From Gaiellales bacterium (GTDB taxonomy: Bacteria > Actinomycetota > Thermoleophilia > Gaiellales > F1-60-MAGs149): DNA of 52,015 nucleotides. Below are positions 26,007-36,052 of the stretch, piece by piece. The stretch spans positions 1 to 52,015 of the forward strand of contig JBILWG010000002.1 of assembly GCA_044369995.1 (NCBI GenBank), in the 5' to 3' direction. Positions within the stretch are counted from its first letter, which is position 1. The number at the start of each line of letters is the position of its first letter. Under the pieces are notes generated by a model. That model searched no databases. It worked only from the letters and a program-made list of their open reading frames with translations, and was not told the origin of the DNA. The position numbers and the translations under genes were made by a program.

Positions 26007-27092
26007 TCAAGGACGGCAGAGGCGCACGACGGCCTCGATCCGTGGGGCGATCGACGAGGCGGCGATCCACTCGTCGGGCCCGTGGTCGCCACCGCCGATC
26101 GGGCCGAGCCCGTCGATCGTCGGCACGCCGATGCTCGAGGCCCACGAGCCATCGGAGGCACCGGCGGCGATGGTCTCGTGCGTCGCCGCACCGACGTCGG
26201 CGAGCACGGCCAGGGCCCGCTCCACCAGTGCGGGCGCGCGGTCGAGCGGCGGGAAGCCCGGCTCGTCGGAGCGGCGCAGCGTGATGCCATCGTGCGCGGC
26301 GAAGCTCCCGACACGCTCGACGGCCCAGGCGAGGTCGCTCCGCGTCTTTGCGCGCAAGTCGACGGATGCGGTGGCGCGGCCCGGCACGGTGTTCTTGCCG
26401 ATGCCGGAGTGCAGCTGCGTGATCGTCGCCTGCATGTCGGGTCGCGCGCCGTGGATGTCCTCCTCGATGCGGAGGCACTCGCGCGCCAGCGCCATCAGCG
26501 CGGAGCGGCCGGCCTCGCGCTCGGTGCCGGCGTGCGCATCGCGGCCGTCGGCCTCGAGCGTCAGCCAGGTGCAGGCCATGCGGGTCGTCACGATCGCGCC
26601 GTCGGCGCGGCCGCACTCCAGGCAGATCGCCTGCGTGGCGCCGTGCCAGTCGTCGAGGCACGATGGCTCGACGGAGCGCGCCTCCTCGTCGGGAACGATC
26701 CACAGCTCGACGCGGCCATGGGTGGGGGAGGGGTCGCGTGCCAGCGCCGCGAGGGCGGACAGTCCGACCAGCAGGCCACCCTTCATGTCCGCGACGCCCG
26801 GGCCGAGCAGCAGGTCGCCGCGGCGCTCGACAGGCCGGAGTGCGGCGGTACCGGCGGGGTAGACGGTGTCGTGGTGGCCGATCAGGAGCGTGCGCCCATC
26901 ACCGGGCCCCTGCGTCGAGAGCAGCACCAGCGGACCGTCGACGGTGTCACGCACCTCGGCGGCCAGCCCATCGGCCTGCGCCCATTCGACGAGCAGCGCG
27001 GCGGAGCGGTCCAGCCCGGCCTGGTCGCCGGTCATGGAGTCGATCGCGCAGAGCGCGGTCAGGCGCTCGACGAACCCCGCCGGTGGCTCCAC
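26007..27092 (-). CDS. M20-family metallopeptidase/deacylase
   Basis: 361 aa with a GTG start. LIGHHDTV and GPGVADMKGG motifs typical of the M20/M28 zinc hydrolase fold. Confidence 0.8.
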   Translation of the reverse strand: MEPPAGFVERLTALCAIDSMTGDQAGLDRSAALLVEWAQADGLAAEVRDTVDGPLVLLSTQGPGDGRTLLIGHHDTVYPAGTAALRPVERRGDLLLGPGVADMKGGLLVGLSALAALARDPSPTHGRVELWIVPDEEARSVEPSCLDDWHGATQAICLECGRADGAIVTTRMACTWLTLEADGRDAHAGTEREAGRSALMALARECLRIEEDIHGARPDMQATITQLHSGIGKNTVPGRATASVDLRAKTRSDLAWAVERVGSFAAHDGITLRRSDEPGFPPLDRAPALVERALAVLADVGAATHETIAAGASDGSWASSIGVPTIDGLGPIGGGDHGPDEWIAASSIAPRIEAVVRLCRP

Positions 27093-27093
27093 C

Positions 27094-27309
27094 TCAGACC
27101 TCGACCACCCGGACGGGATCCTCGTTCGGGATCGTGACGACGTCGCCGTTGCGGAGCGTGCGGCCGCGGCGCGTGTCGACCTCGTCGTTGACGAGAACGA
27201 CGCCTTCGGCCAGCAGCGCCTTGGCGTCGCCGCCGGTATCGACGAGCCCGGCGAACTTCATCAGCTGGCCGAGGTCAATGCCGCCGGCCCGCACCTCGAC
27301 GTCGCGCAC
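27094..27309 (-). CDS. S4-domain RNA-binding protein (YbcJ-like)
   Basis: 71 aa. IDLGQLMKFAGLVDTGGDAKALLAEGVVLVNDEVDTRRGRTLRNGDVV. Confidence 0.75.
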   Translation of the reverse strand: MRDVEVRAGGIDLGQLMKFAGLVDTGGDAKALLAEGVVLVNDEVDTRRGRTLRNGDVVTIPNEDPVRVVEV

Positions 27310-27312
27310 GTG

Positions 27313-27723
27313 CTACGCCGATGCGCAGGAGGAGCAGCCGCCGGCCGAGGCGGTGGTGCCGTCGCCGGCCTCCTCGCCCTCCTTCAGCTGGAAGGACGAG
27401 CCGCAGCCGCAGCCGGACTCGGTGTTCGGATTGGTGATCGAGAAGCCCGTGCCGTTGAGTCCGTCGACGAAGTCGATGTCGGCGCCGATCAGGTACGGCA
27501 TGGAGAACGGATCGATCAGCACGCTGATGCCATGGGCCTCGATCACCTCGTCGCCGTCCTGCGGACCGGTGTCGAAGCCGAGGGCGTACTGGAAGCCGGA
27601 GCAGCCACCGCCCTGCACGGCGACGCGCAGTGCCGTCAGCTCGGCGTCGTCCTCGGCGGCGAGGAACTCGCGCACCTTGTCGGCGGCCTTCTCGGAGATG
27701 GTGATCTGCAGTTGCGTACTCAT
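27313..27723 (-). CDS. A-type iron-sulfur cluster carrier (HesB/IscA/ErpA family) with a C-terminal extension
   Basis: 136 aa. Conserved Cys in GGGCSGFQY and CGCGSSF, followed by an extra ~25-aa tail that ends GGCSSCASA. Confidence 0.85.
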   Translation of the reverse strand: MSTQLQITISEKAADKVREFLAAEDDAELTALRVAVQGGGCSGFQYALGFDTGPQDGDEVIEAHGISVLIDPFSMPYLIGADIDFVDGLNGTGFSITNPNTESGCGCGSSFQLKEGEEAGDGTTASAGGCSSCASA

Positions 27724-27985
27724 CAGGTGCCTCGAAGCGTATCGGATGAGCGGGCCGAAGCGCCGCCTTCTGCAGGGGACAACGTCGATCCGTCACGGCC
27801 TATTCCCCAGCAAGGTTTGTGACAGTCCCTCGACCCGGCTGCGAGACCGCGGGATCCGTTGCGGGGAGCGGGTTTGCGGCATTTGGCACACACTCGGCTG
27901 CCGCGGGTTTGTAGCGCGCCGCGTGTGCCTGCTACGGTTGCCCGAGCCGTTGGCATGGGGCGACGGCGGAACCCTTGGGGAGAGC

Positions 27986-28357
27986 GTGCTCGGAGACTGG
28001 GCCTCCTATCTCGTGTACCTGCTGTTCGCGGCGGCTATCGCCGGGAGCCTCCTGGCGGGGTCGCTGCTGTGGTCGCGCGTGTTCCATCGGAGCCTGCGCA
28101 CCGGTCGGCAGAAGAGCCGCGTGTTCGAGTCCGGCGTGTCGCCGGGCGAGTTCAAGCCGAGCAACTTCTCCGTCAACTACTACCTGACGGCGATGCTCTT
28201 CATCATCTTCGACATCGAGATCGTCTTCCTGTACCCGATCGCCGTGAATCTCGACATGCTCGGCGTGTTCGGCTTCATCGAGCTGCTCGTCTTCGTGGGG
28301 ATCCTCGCCGTCGGCTACGTCTACGTGTGGCGGAAGGGAGCGCTCGAATGGCACTGA
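27986..28357 (+). CDS. nuoA: NADH-quinone oxidoreductase subunit A
   Basis: 123 aa with a GTG start after [27 protein letters not shown] motif. First gene of the operon. Confidence 0.9.
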   Translation: MLGDWASYLVYLLFAAAIAGSLLAGSLLWSRVFHRSLRTGRQKSRVFESGVSPGEFKPSNFSVNYYLTAMLFIIFDIEIVFLYPIAVNLDMLGVFGFIELLVFVGILAVGYVYVWRKGALEWH

Positions 28358-28953
28358 GGCCCGACGAGCCCCACGAGCGCCCCGTCGCCGCCCCGGCCTC
28401 GCCGGCTGCGCCGAGCGGTCCCGTGGTCATCCCGCCCGCGCAGGTCCGTCGCTCGCTGCGCTCGACCGATCTCGACCAGGTCGTCATGACGACGACCGTC
28501 GAGAAGGTCTTCAAGATGGCGACGGCCAACTCGATGTGGCCGTTCGGCTTCGGCCTCGCCTGCTGCGCCATGGAGATGATCGCGATGATCTCGTCGGCGC
28601 GCTACGACGTCGCCCGCTTCGGTTCCGAGGTCGTCCGCGCCACCCCGCGCCAGTCCGATCTGATGATCGTCTCCGGTCGCGTCTCGCACAAGATGGCCGA
28701 GCCGATCCGCCAGCTGTACGAGCAGATGCTCGAGCCGAAGTACGTGATGGCGATGGGCGCGTGCTCGTCCACGGGCGGCATGTTCTCGAACTACGCGGTG
28801 CTGCAGGGCGTGGACAAGATCGTGCCCGTCGACGTCTACGTGCCGGGCTGCCCGCCCCGTCCCGAGGCCGTGATGGAGGGCCTGATGGTCCTGCAGGAGC
28901 GCATCAAGTCGGGCATCCCCTCGGCCTCGCAGCAGCAGGAGTCGCAGTCGTGA
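28348..28953 (+). CDS. nuoB: NADH-quinone oxidoreductase subunit B
   Basis: 201 aa. [17 protein letters not shown] and PGCPPRPE (N2 cluster ligands). It has an N-terminal Pro/Ala-rich extension of about 45 aa. Confidence 0.95.
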   Translation: MALRPDEPHERPVAAPASPAAPSGPVVIPPAQVRRSLRSTDLDQVVMTTTVEKVFKMATANSMWPFGFGLACCAMEMIAMISSARYDVARFGSEVVRATPRQSDLMIVSGRVSHKMAEPIRQLYEQMLEPKYVMAMGACSSTGGMFSNYAVLQGVDKIVPVDVYVPGCPPRPEAVMEGLMVLQERIKSGIPSASQQQESQS

Positions 28954-29573
28954 GCGACGTGCTGCAGATCAATTCGCCCACCTGGGGCGCGCCCGACGCG
29001 GCGGCGGCCGATCGCATCGAGGCCGCGCTGGGGGCCGACGCGATCGAGCGCCGCGTCGAGTTCCGTGGCGAGCTCACGCTCGACCTGGCCATCGACCGCT
29101 ACCTCGAGGTCTGCACGTTCCTGCGCGATGAGGAGCAGTACGACCTGCTGTCCGACGTCACCGTCGTCGACTACCTCGGCTACACCGGTGAGGTTGCCGG
29201 CTACTGGGGCGGCGATGGGCGCGACATCAACCGCGACTCGCACTCCGGCAAGCGCATCGTCCCCGAGGCTGCTGGCCCGAAGCGCTTCGGCGTCTCCGCC
29301 ACGTTCGCGAAGGTGATGACCGTGACCGACGGCAACCATCGCCGGCTGCGGGTGCGCGTCTGGGTCGACGAGGGCGAGTCGGTGCCGAGCCTCGTGCCGG
29401 TCTATCCCTCGGCCGACTTCCATGAGCGCGAGGGCTTCGACCTGATGGGCGTCGACTTCGCCGGCCATCCGAACCTGCGCCGGATCATCATGCCGGAGGA
29501 CTGGGGCGGTCATCCCCAGCGCAAGGACTATCCCGTCGGCGGCGAGCCCGTCCAGTTCTCGGATGAGGTCTGA
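28950..29573 (+). CDS. nuoC: NADH-quinone oxidoreductase subunit C
   Basis: 207 aa. GTGA overlap with nuo[26 protein letters not shown] motif. Confidence 0.9.
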   Translation: MSDVLQINSPTWGAPDAAAADRIEAALGADAIERRVEFRGELTLDLAIDRYLEVCTFLRDEEQYDLLSDVTVVDYLGYTGEVAGYWGGDGRDINRDSHSGKRIVPEAAGPKRFGVSATFAKVMTVTDGNHRRLRVRVWVDEGESVPSLVPVYPSADFHEREGFDLMGVDFAGHPNLRRIIMPEDWGGHPQRKDYPVGGEPVQFSDEV

Positions 29574-30828
29574 CGTGGCGACGACGGAGAAGACCGTGGT
29601 GTGGCCGCAGCAGGACATCCTGCAGCCCGTGCCGTCCGAGCTCTGGCCGGACTCCGACAATCCGGACCTGCTCGAGATCAACCTCGGACCGAACCACCCG
29701 TCGACGCACGGAGTGCTCCGCGTCATCACCACGCTGGACGGCGAGGTCGTGGTCGGCGTCAAGTGCGAGGTCGGCTACGTCCACACCGGCATCGAGAAGA
29801 ACATCGAGCAGAAGACGTACTGGAAGGCGATTCCGTACGTGCCGCGGATGGACTACCTGTCCTTCTTCAGCGGCGAGACGGCGTTCTGCATGGCGACGGA
29901 GAAGGCGCTCGAGCTGGAGGTGCCGCGCCGCGCCGAGTGGATCCGCGTGATCTTCCAGGAACTGGCGCGCATCCACTCGCATCTCGTGTTCCTCGGCACC
30001 GGCTCGGTGGATCTCGGCGGCATCGCCCTGCTCTTCTACTGCTTCCGGGCCCGCGATGAGGTGCTCGACCTGTTCGAGCTGGCGACCGGTGCGCGTATGC
30101 ATCCGCGCTATTGCCAGGTCGGCGGGGTTGCGGAGGATCTGCCGAAGGGCTTCGAGCCGCGTTGCCGCGAGGTGATCGCCTTCATGCGCGATCAGCTCGA
30201 GCAGTACGACGAGCTGATCGGCGCCAATCCGATCTGGCTGCAGCGCACCAAGGGCATCGGCATCCTGTCGCCGGACTTCGCGATCAAGATGGGCATGACG
30301 GGTCCGAACCTGCGCGCCTCGGGCGTGCCGTACGACCTGCGCTCGGCCAACGGCGGCTACGGCGCCTACCGCGAGCTCGACTTCACACCCGTCACGGAGC
30401 AGGGCGGCGACGTCCACGCGCGCTTCCGCGTCCGCATCGAGGAGATGCGCTCGTCGCTCGACCTGATCGAGAAGGCGCTCGACGGCCTGCCCGAGGGGCC
30501 GACGATCACCGACGATCGCAAGGTCGCGCTGCCGCCGCGCCACGAGCTGCACACCTCGATGGAGTCGCTGATCCATCACTTCAAGCTGGTCACCGAGGGC
30601 TTCGAGGTGCCGGCCGGCGAGGTGTACGCGCCGATCGAGTCGGCGCGCGGCGAGTTCGGCTTCCACCTCGTCTCCGACGGGAGCGCGAAGCCCTGGCGCG
30701 TGCGCCTGCACGGCCCCGCTTTCGTGCTGCTGCAGTCGTTCGCGAAGCTCTGCGAGGGGGTCTACCTCGCGGACCTGATCGCCATCCTCGCCTCGATCGA
30801 TCCCGTGCTGGGAGACGTGGACCGCTGA
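29563..30828 (+). CDS. nuoD: NADH-quinone oxidoreductase subunit D
   Basis: About 420 aa. NLGPNHPSTHGVLR and a C-terminal DPVLGDVDR. Start is the ATG at 29563 or the GTG at 29575. Confidence 0.95.
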   Translation: MRSDVATTEKTVVWPQQDILQPVPSELWPDSDNPDLLEINLGPNHPSTHGVLRVITTLDGEVVVGVKCEVGYVHTGIEKNIEQKTYWKAIPYVPRMDYLSFFSGETAFCMATEKALELEVPRRAEWIRVIFQELARIHSHLVFLGTGSVDLGGIALLFYCFRARDEVLDLFELATGARMHPRYCQVGGVAEDLPKGFEPRCREVIAFMRDQLEQYDELIGANPIWLQRTKGIGILSPDFAIKMGMTGPNLRASGVPYDLRSANGGYGAYRELDFTPVTEQGGDVHARFRVRIEEMRSSLDLIEKALDGLPEGPTITDDRKVALPPRHELHTSMESLIHHFKLVTEGFEVPAGEVYAPIESARGEFGFHLVSDGSAKPWRVRLHGPAFVLLQSFAKLCEGVYLADLIAILASIDPVLGDVDR

Positions 30829-31319
30829 TGAGCGACACCCTCTACGACGAGATCCAGCGCGAGATCGCCAAGTACCCGGACCGGCGGAGCGCGATCCTGC
30901 CGGCGCTGCGCCACGCGCAGGAGCACTACGGCTGGCTGTCGACCGAGGCGATCGAAGCCGTGGCCGATGCGCTCGACCTGCCGCCGGCGCGCTGTCTCGC
31001 CGTGGCGTCCTTCTACGACATGTTCTTCCTGCAGCCCGTCGGCGAGCACATGGTCGAGGTCTGCACGAACCTGTCGTGCGCGCTGATCGGCGCCGATCGC
31101 CTGCTGAAGGAGTTCGAGCGCGAGCTCGAGATCACCGCACCCGGCACGAGCGCCGATGGCATGATCACGCTGCGGTGCGTGGAATGCATGGGCGGCTGCG
31201 GCTGGGGTCCCGTCGTGTCCGTCGACGAGGAGTACGAGGAGCACTTCAAGATCGAGGATGTCGCGCCGCTGCTCGAGCGGCTGCGCAGCACCTCCCGACC
31301 GAGTGAGAGCCATGCCTGA
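30828..31319 (+). CDS. nuoE: NADH-quinone oxidoreductase subunit E
   Basis: 163 aa. 2Fe-2S ligand pattern (VCTNLSCAL ... CMGGCG). Confidence 0.95.
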   Translation: MSDTLYDEIQREIAKYPDRRSAILPALRHAQEHYGWLSTEAIEAVADALDLPPARCLAVASFYDMFFLQPVGEHMVEVCTNLSCALIGADRLLKEFERELEITAPGTSADGMITLRCVECMGGCGWGPVVSVDEEYEEHFKIEDVAPLLERLRSTSRPSESHA

Positions 31320-32661
31320 GGCCCCGACCTTCGCCCAGCCCGATGCGAACGCCCTGCTGCTGCCGTTTGCGGGCAGCCGTCGTGAGATTGCCGAGTACGA
31401 GGCCAACGGTGGCTACGACTCGCTGCGCAAGTCCCTCGGCATGACGAGCGAGCAGCTCGTCGACGAGATGATCGCGTCGAACCTGCGCGGCCGTGGCGGC
31501 GCCGGCTTCCCCGCGGGCCGGAAGGCGTCGTTCCTGGCGCCGGGCGTGGACCGCTACCTCGTCATCAACGGCGACGAGTCCGAGCCGGGCACGTTCAAGG
31601 ACCGCGAGATCATCCTGCGCAACCCGCACATGCTGATCGAGGGCATCATCATCTACCTGTGGATGATCCGCGGTGCCGGCGCGTACATCTACATCCGCGG
31701 CGAGTACGCCAAGGAGGCCGCGATCCTCGAGGGCGCGATCGCGCAGGCGCGCGAGAAGGGCTATATCGGGTCGCCGCTGCCGGGCACCGACTACGTCGCG
31801 AACGTCTACGTCCATCGTGGTGCCGGTGCCTACATCTGCGGTGAGGAGACGGCGCTGCTGTCCTCGCTCAACGGCGAGCGCGGCCAGCCGACGGCGAAGC
31901 CGCCGTTCCCGGCCGTGTCCGGTGCCTTCAAGAAGCCGACGCTGCTCAACAACGTCGAGACCGTCGCGACCGTGCCGGTGATCATCGGCATGGGGGGCGC
32001 AGCCTACGCGGGCGTCGGCACGGAGCAGTCGACGGGCACCAAGATGTTCTCGCTGTCCGGCCACGTCAACAACCCCGGCAACTACGAGATGCCGCTGTCG
32101 GCGACGTACCGCGACCTCATCGAGGGCAAGGGCGGCGGACTGCCGGAGGGTCGCACGCTGAAGGCGTTCGTGCCGGGTGGCTCGTCGATGCCGATCCTGA
32201 TGCCGAACCAGCTCGACACGGGTCTGGCCTTCGAGGCCGTCGTCGCCGCCGGCTCGATGGCCGGCTCGGGCGCCGTGATCGTCGTGGACGACCGCACCTG
32301 CATGGTGCGCTTCGCGCTGCGCACCGCCGAGTTCTACATGCACGAGTCGTGCGGCAAGTGCACGCCGTGTCGTGAGGGCACGCGCTGGATCACCGAGCTG
32401 CTGCGCAAGCAGGAGGCCGGCCTGGGCACGCTCGAGGAGATCGACCTGCTGCTCGAGATCTGCAACCGCGTCGAGGGCAACTGCCTGTGCGTGCTCGGCG
32501 ACGCGTGCGCCATGCCCGTGCGCAGCCACATCAACAACTTCCGCCACGAGTTCGAGGAGCACTGCCGCCTCGGCCGGTGCACCTGCCCGGACGACGCGCC
32601 GATGAGCGAGCTCTACCCGCCGCTCTTGAAGGCGCCTCTGCCGATGGTGACCGCCGGATGA
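31312..32661 (+). CDS. nuoF: NADH-quinone oxidoreductase subunit F
   Basis: 449 aa. FMN/NADH motifs GRGGAGFP and GAGAYICGEETALL, plus the N3 cluster motif ESCGKCTPCREG. Confidence 0.95.
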   Translation: MPEAPTFAQPDANALLLPFAGSRREIAEYEANGGYDSLRKSLGMTSEQLVDEMIASNLRGRGGAGFPAGRKASFLAPGVDRYLVINGDESEPGTFKDREIILRNPHMLIEGIIIYLWMIRGAGAYIYIRGEYAKEAAILEGAIAQAREKGYIGSPLPGTDYVANVYVHRGAGAYICGEETALLSSLNGERGQPTAKPPFPAVSGAFKKPTLLNNVETVATVPVIIGMGGAAYAGVGTEQSTGTKMFSLSGHVNNPGNYEMPLSATYRDLIEGKGGGLPEGRTLKAFVPGGSSMPILMPNQLDTGLAFEAVVAAGSMAGSGAVIVVDDRTCMVRFALRTAEFYMHESCGKCTPCREGTRWITELLRKQEAGLGTLEEIDLLLEICNRVEGNCLCVLGDACAMPVRSHINNFRHEFEEHCRLGRCTCPDDAPMSELYPPLLKAPLPMVTAG

Positions 32662-35051
32662 GCGCAACGCAGACCGACCTCGTCACGCTCTCGGTCGACG
32701 GGCGCGAGATCACCGTGCCGAAGGGCACCTCGCTGGTGGTTGCCGCCGCCGAGCAGGCGGGCATCGAGATTCCGGTCTTCTGCTACGAGCCGCGTCTCGG
32801 CCCGCCGATCGGCGCGTGCCGCATGTGCCTCGTCGAGATCGAGGGAGCGCCGAAGCTCCAGGCCGCGTGCACCCTCACGTGCACGGACGGCATGGTCGTC
32901 AAGACGGCCGGCACCTCGGAGCAGGCCAAGGAGGCGCAGGACGCCGTCCTCGAGTTCATGCTGCTCAACCATCCGCTCGACTGCCCCGTCTGCGACAAGG
33001 GCGGCGAGTGCCCGCTGCAGGACCTGACGTTCAAGTACGGCCCCGGCACCACGCGCATGACGCTGCCGAAGCGCACGTACGAGAAGCCGCTGCCGATCTC
33101 GCCGGCGATCGTGCTCGACCGCGAGCGCTGCATCCTCTGCTACCGCTGCACCCGCTTCTCGAGCGACGTCGCCGAGGACGGCGAGCTGGTGGCGCGCGAG
33201 CGCGGCGCGCAGAGCGTGATCGCCACGTTCAACGAGCAGCCGTATGCCAACGCCTTCTCCGGCAACGTCACCGAGCTCTGCCCGGTTGGCGCCCTGCTGC
33301 CGACGGCGTACCGCTTCAAGGCGCGGCCGTGGGAGATCGTCAACATCCCGACGGTCTGCACCGGCTGCTCGACCGGCTGCAACACGTGGTCGACGCTGCG
33401 CGAGAACAAGGTCGAGCGCATCCTCTCCCGCAACCATCCCGGCGTCGATGAGGGCTGGCTGTGCGACAAGGGCCGCTTCGCCCGCTACGAGCCGCGCTCC
33501 GAGCGCATCGCGACGCCGCTCGTGCGCGAGGTCGCCGGGCTCGAGCCGGCGGCGTGGGATGACGCGCTGCGCACGCTGGCCCAGCGCCTGCGCCACCAGG
33601 CCGCCGCGGTCGGCGAGGGTGCCGTCGCGATCGTGACCGGTGGCAACCTGACGAACGAGGAGGCCGCTGGCTGGGCCGCCATCGCCGCCGACCTCAAGGC
33701 CCGTACCGCCTCTGCGCCGATCGCCGCCGCCGCCGAGTGGGAGCGCGTCGCCGCCTATCAGGCGCCTCTGGCCGCGATCGACACCGCCGACGCGGTGCTC
33801 GTGATCGGCGATCAGGAGCCGGGCGATCGCGCCGGCACCGTCGAGCTGCGCATCCGCAAGGCCCGTCGCGACGGTGCCCACCTCGCCATCGTCGGCCCGG
33901 GTGGCTCGAGCCTCGAGGCCGATGCCCGCTCCTTCATCCGCACGCAGCCGGGCGCCGGCTCGGCGATGCTCGCGGCGTTGACCGCCGCGGTGATCGAGGC
34001 CGGGGGAGAGCGCATCCGCACCGACGCCACGGCCGCGGGCTCCGTCGACACGCTCGCGCAGTTGGCGGGCGCCGACGTCGCGCAGGTGCGCGAGCTGGCG
34101 GGCGTGCTCGTCGCCGCGGAGCGACCCGTGCTGCTGATCACCGACCACGTGGCGGTCGCCGAGATCGAGGCGCTGGCCTGGGTCCTCGGTCTCGATCGCA
34201 CCGAGGGTGGCGTCGTGCCGCTCCCGATCGGCGCCAACGAGCGCGGCGAGCGTGCCGTCGGCCTGGTCGGCGGCTGGGACGAGCTCCTCCCGGCGCTCGA
34301 GGCCGGCGACATCAAGGCGATCGTCTTCGTCGGCGCCGACCCCGTCATGGAGAGCACCGACAGCGAGCGCTGGCAGATGGCCCTCGCGCAGACCGAGCTC
34401 GTGGTCTCCGTGGCGCCGTTCACCAACGGCGTCACCTCGCAGTCGCAGCTCGTGCTGCCCCTCGATGTCGATCACGAGCGCGACGGCACGATCACGAACC
34501 TCGAGGGACGCATCCAGCGCATCCGCCCCTCGCTGGCGCCCGCCTCCGGCGTGCCGCTGATCGAGTGGACGAGCCGGCTCGGCGGATTCCTCGACGTGGC
34601 CGTGCAGGGCAATCCTGGCAAGGCCTTCGACGAGCTGGCCGCCACGCGTCCCGCCTTCGGCGGCCTCGCCTGGAAGGAGCTCGGCGAGCGCGCCGACCTG
34701 GACCAGTCCCGCCCCGTGGCAGCGGCGCCCAGTGGTGTGCCCGCGCCGACTGCGCCGGCGACCGCCGCCGATGGCCAGCTGCGCCTGATCGCGCCGCGGC
34801 CGCTGATGAGCGGCGCCGCGGTCGCCCGTACCGAGTCGCTCGCCCACCAGCGCGCGGCCTGGGTGATGGTGAGCCACGCCGACGCCGAGCAGCAGGGCAT
34901 CAGCCGCGGTGACGAGGTCGTCGTGCGTCACGCCGCCGGCGAGCACCTCGGTACCGCGCGCATCTCGCGACGCCTGCACCCGGGCACCGTGCGCATCAAC
35001 TGGAGCGGTGCCGCCGGCACCGGCCTGTCCGCCACCCTGGGAGCCAAGTAG
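32658..35051 (+). CDS. nuoG: NADH-quinone oxidoreductase subunit G
   Basis: 797 aa. N-terminal 2Fe-2S and 4Fe-4S motifs (CRMCLVEIEG, HPLDCPVCDKGGECPLQD, CILCYRCTRF) followed by a molybdopterin-oxidoreductase-like domain. Confidence 0.95.
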   Translation: MSATQTDLVTLSVDGREITVPKGTSLVVAAAEQAGIEIPVFCYEPRLGPPIGACRMCLVEIEGAPKLQAACTLTCTDGMVVKTAGTSEQAKEAQDAVLEFMLLNHPLDCPVCDKGGECPLQDLTFKYGPGTTRMTLPKRTYEKPLPISPAIVLDRERCILCYRCTRFSSDVAEDGELVARERGAQSVIATFNEQPYANAFSGNVTELCPVGALLPTAYRFKARPWEIVNIPTVCTGCSTGCNTWSTLRENKVERILSRNHPGVDEGWLCDKGRFARYEPRSERIATPLVREVAGLEPAAWDDALRTLAQRLRHQAAAVGEGAVAIVTGGNLTNEEAAGWAAIAADLKARTASAPIAAAAEWERVAAYQAPLAAIDTADAVLVIGDQEPGDRAGTVELRIRKARRDGAHLAIVGPGGSSLEADARSFIRTQPGAGSAMLAALTAAVIEAGGERIRTDATAAGSVDTLAQLAGADVAQVRELAGVLVAAERPVLLITDHVAVAEIEALAWVLGLDRTEGGVVPLPIGANERGERAVGLVGGWDELLPALEAGDIKAIVFVGADPVMESTDSERWQMALAQTELVVSVAPFTNGVTSQSQLVLPLDVDHERDGTITNLEGRIQRIRPSLAPASGVPLIEWTSRLGGFLDVAVQGNPGKAFDELAATRPAFGGLAWKELGERADLDQSRPVAAAPSGVPAPTAPATAADGQLRLIAPRPLMSGAAVARTESLAHQRAAWVMVSHADAEQQGISRGDEVVVRHAAGEHLGTARISRRLHPGTVRINWSGAAGTGLSATLGAK

Positions 35052-35055
35052 CGGC

Positions 35056-36042
35056 ATGGTCGACGGGGTCATCGCAACGCTGATCAAGGGCTTCGTCCTG
35101 ATCAACATCCTGATGGTGTTCTTCGCCTTCATGACGTGGGTCGAGCGCAAGCTGATCGGACGCTTCCAGGCGCGCTACGGCCCGAACCGCGTCGGCCCGT
35201 ACGGCCTGCTGCAGCCGATCGCCGACCTCGGCAAGATGCTGCAGAAGGAGAACATGGTCCCCGAGGGCGCGCGACCGAAGCTGTACATGTTCGCGCCGTT
35301 CATCGCGATGGCCTGTGCACTCGGCGCCTTCGGCCTGATGCCGTTCGGCAACGTGGCCACGCTGCCGTTCACCGACTACACGTTCCACCTCTACATCGCC
35401 GACACGACCGTCTCGCTGCTCGTCGTCGCCGCGATCGGCTCGCTCGGCTTCTACGGCCTGCTGATCGGCGGCTGGGCGTCGTCCTCGAAGTACGCCCTGC
35501 TCGGCGGCATGCGCGCGATCGCGCAGCTCGTCTCGTACGAGGTGGCATTCACCCTCGCCGTGATCGGCGTGATCATCCAGGCCGGCTCGCTCTCGTTCGT
35601 GACGATCTCGAACGCGCAGGACAACCTCTGGTACTTCATCCCGCAGATCCTCGGCTTCCTCGTCTTCTTCGTGGCCGCGGTCGCCGAGTCGAATCGCCCG
35701 CCGTTCGACCTGACCGAGGCCGACGGCGAGGTGGTCGCCGGCTACCACACCGAGTACGGCGGCATGCGGTACGCGATGTTCGCCGCCGCCGAGTTCGTCA
35801 ACGCGATCACCCTCTCGGCACTCGGTGCCGTGCTCTTCTTCGGCGGGCCGAGCGGCCCGTACCTGCCGGGTCCGCTCTGGATGCTGATCAAGATCGGCGC
35901 CTTCCTGTTCGTCCTGATCTGGATCCGTGCCACGCTGCCGCGTGTGCGATTCGATCAGCTGATGAAGCTGGGCTGGAAGGTCCTGCTGCCCGTGGCCACC
36001 CTCAACCTGCTGCTCACCGCGGCAGTGGTCGTCTACACGTAG
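35056..36042 (+). CDS. nuoH: NADH-quinone oxidoreductase subunit H
   Basis: 328 aa. WVERKLIGRFQARYGPNRVGPYGLLQP and ESNRPPFDLTEADGEVVAGYHTEY. Confidence 0.95.
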   Translation: MVDGVIATLIKGFVLINILMVFFAFMTWVERKLIGRFQARYGPNRVGPYGLLQPIADLGKMLQKENMVPEGARPKLYMFAPFIAMACALGAFGLMPFGNVATLPFTDYTFHLYIADTTVSLLVVAAIGSLGFYGLLIGGWASSSKYALLGGMRAIAQLVSYEVAFTLAVIGVIIQAGSLSFVTISNAQDNLWYFIPQILGFLVFFVAAVAESNRPPFDLTEADGEVVAGYHTEYGGMRYAMFAAAEFVNAITLSALGAVLFFGGPSGPYLPGPLWMLIKIGAFLFVLIWIRATLPRVRFDQLMKLGWKVLLPVATLNLLLTAAVVVYT

Positions 36043-36052
36043 GAGGCTGGCG

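Noticed and set aside
26663-28357. 564-aa plus-strand track ORF ending as NuoA
   Set aside because: Only the last 123 aa (from the GTG at 27986 after a purine-rich RBS) are NuoA-like. The upstream ~440 aa are antisense to the M20, S4 and IscA genes and are Arg/Pro/Ser-rich.
32613-35150. 845-aa minus-strand ORF antisense to nuoG
   Set aside because: Same reasoning: nuoG is canonical and sits inside a contiguous nuo operon, and the antisense ORF has no motifs.
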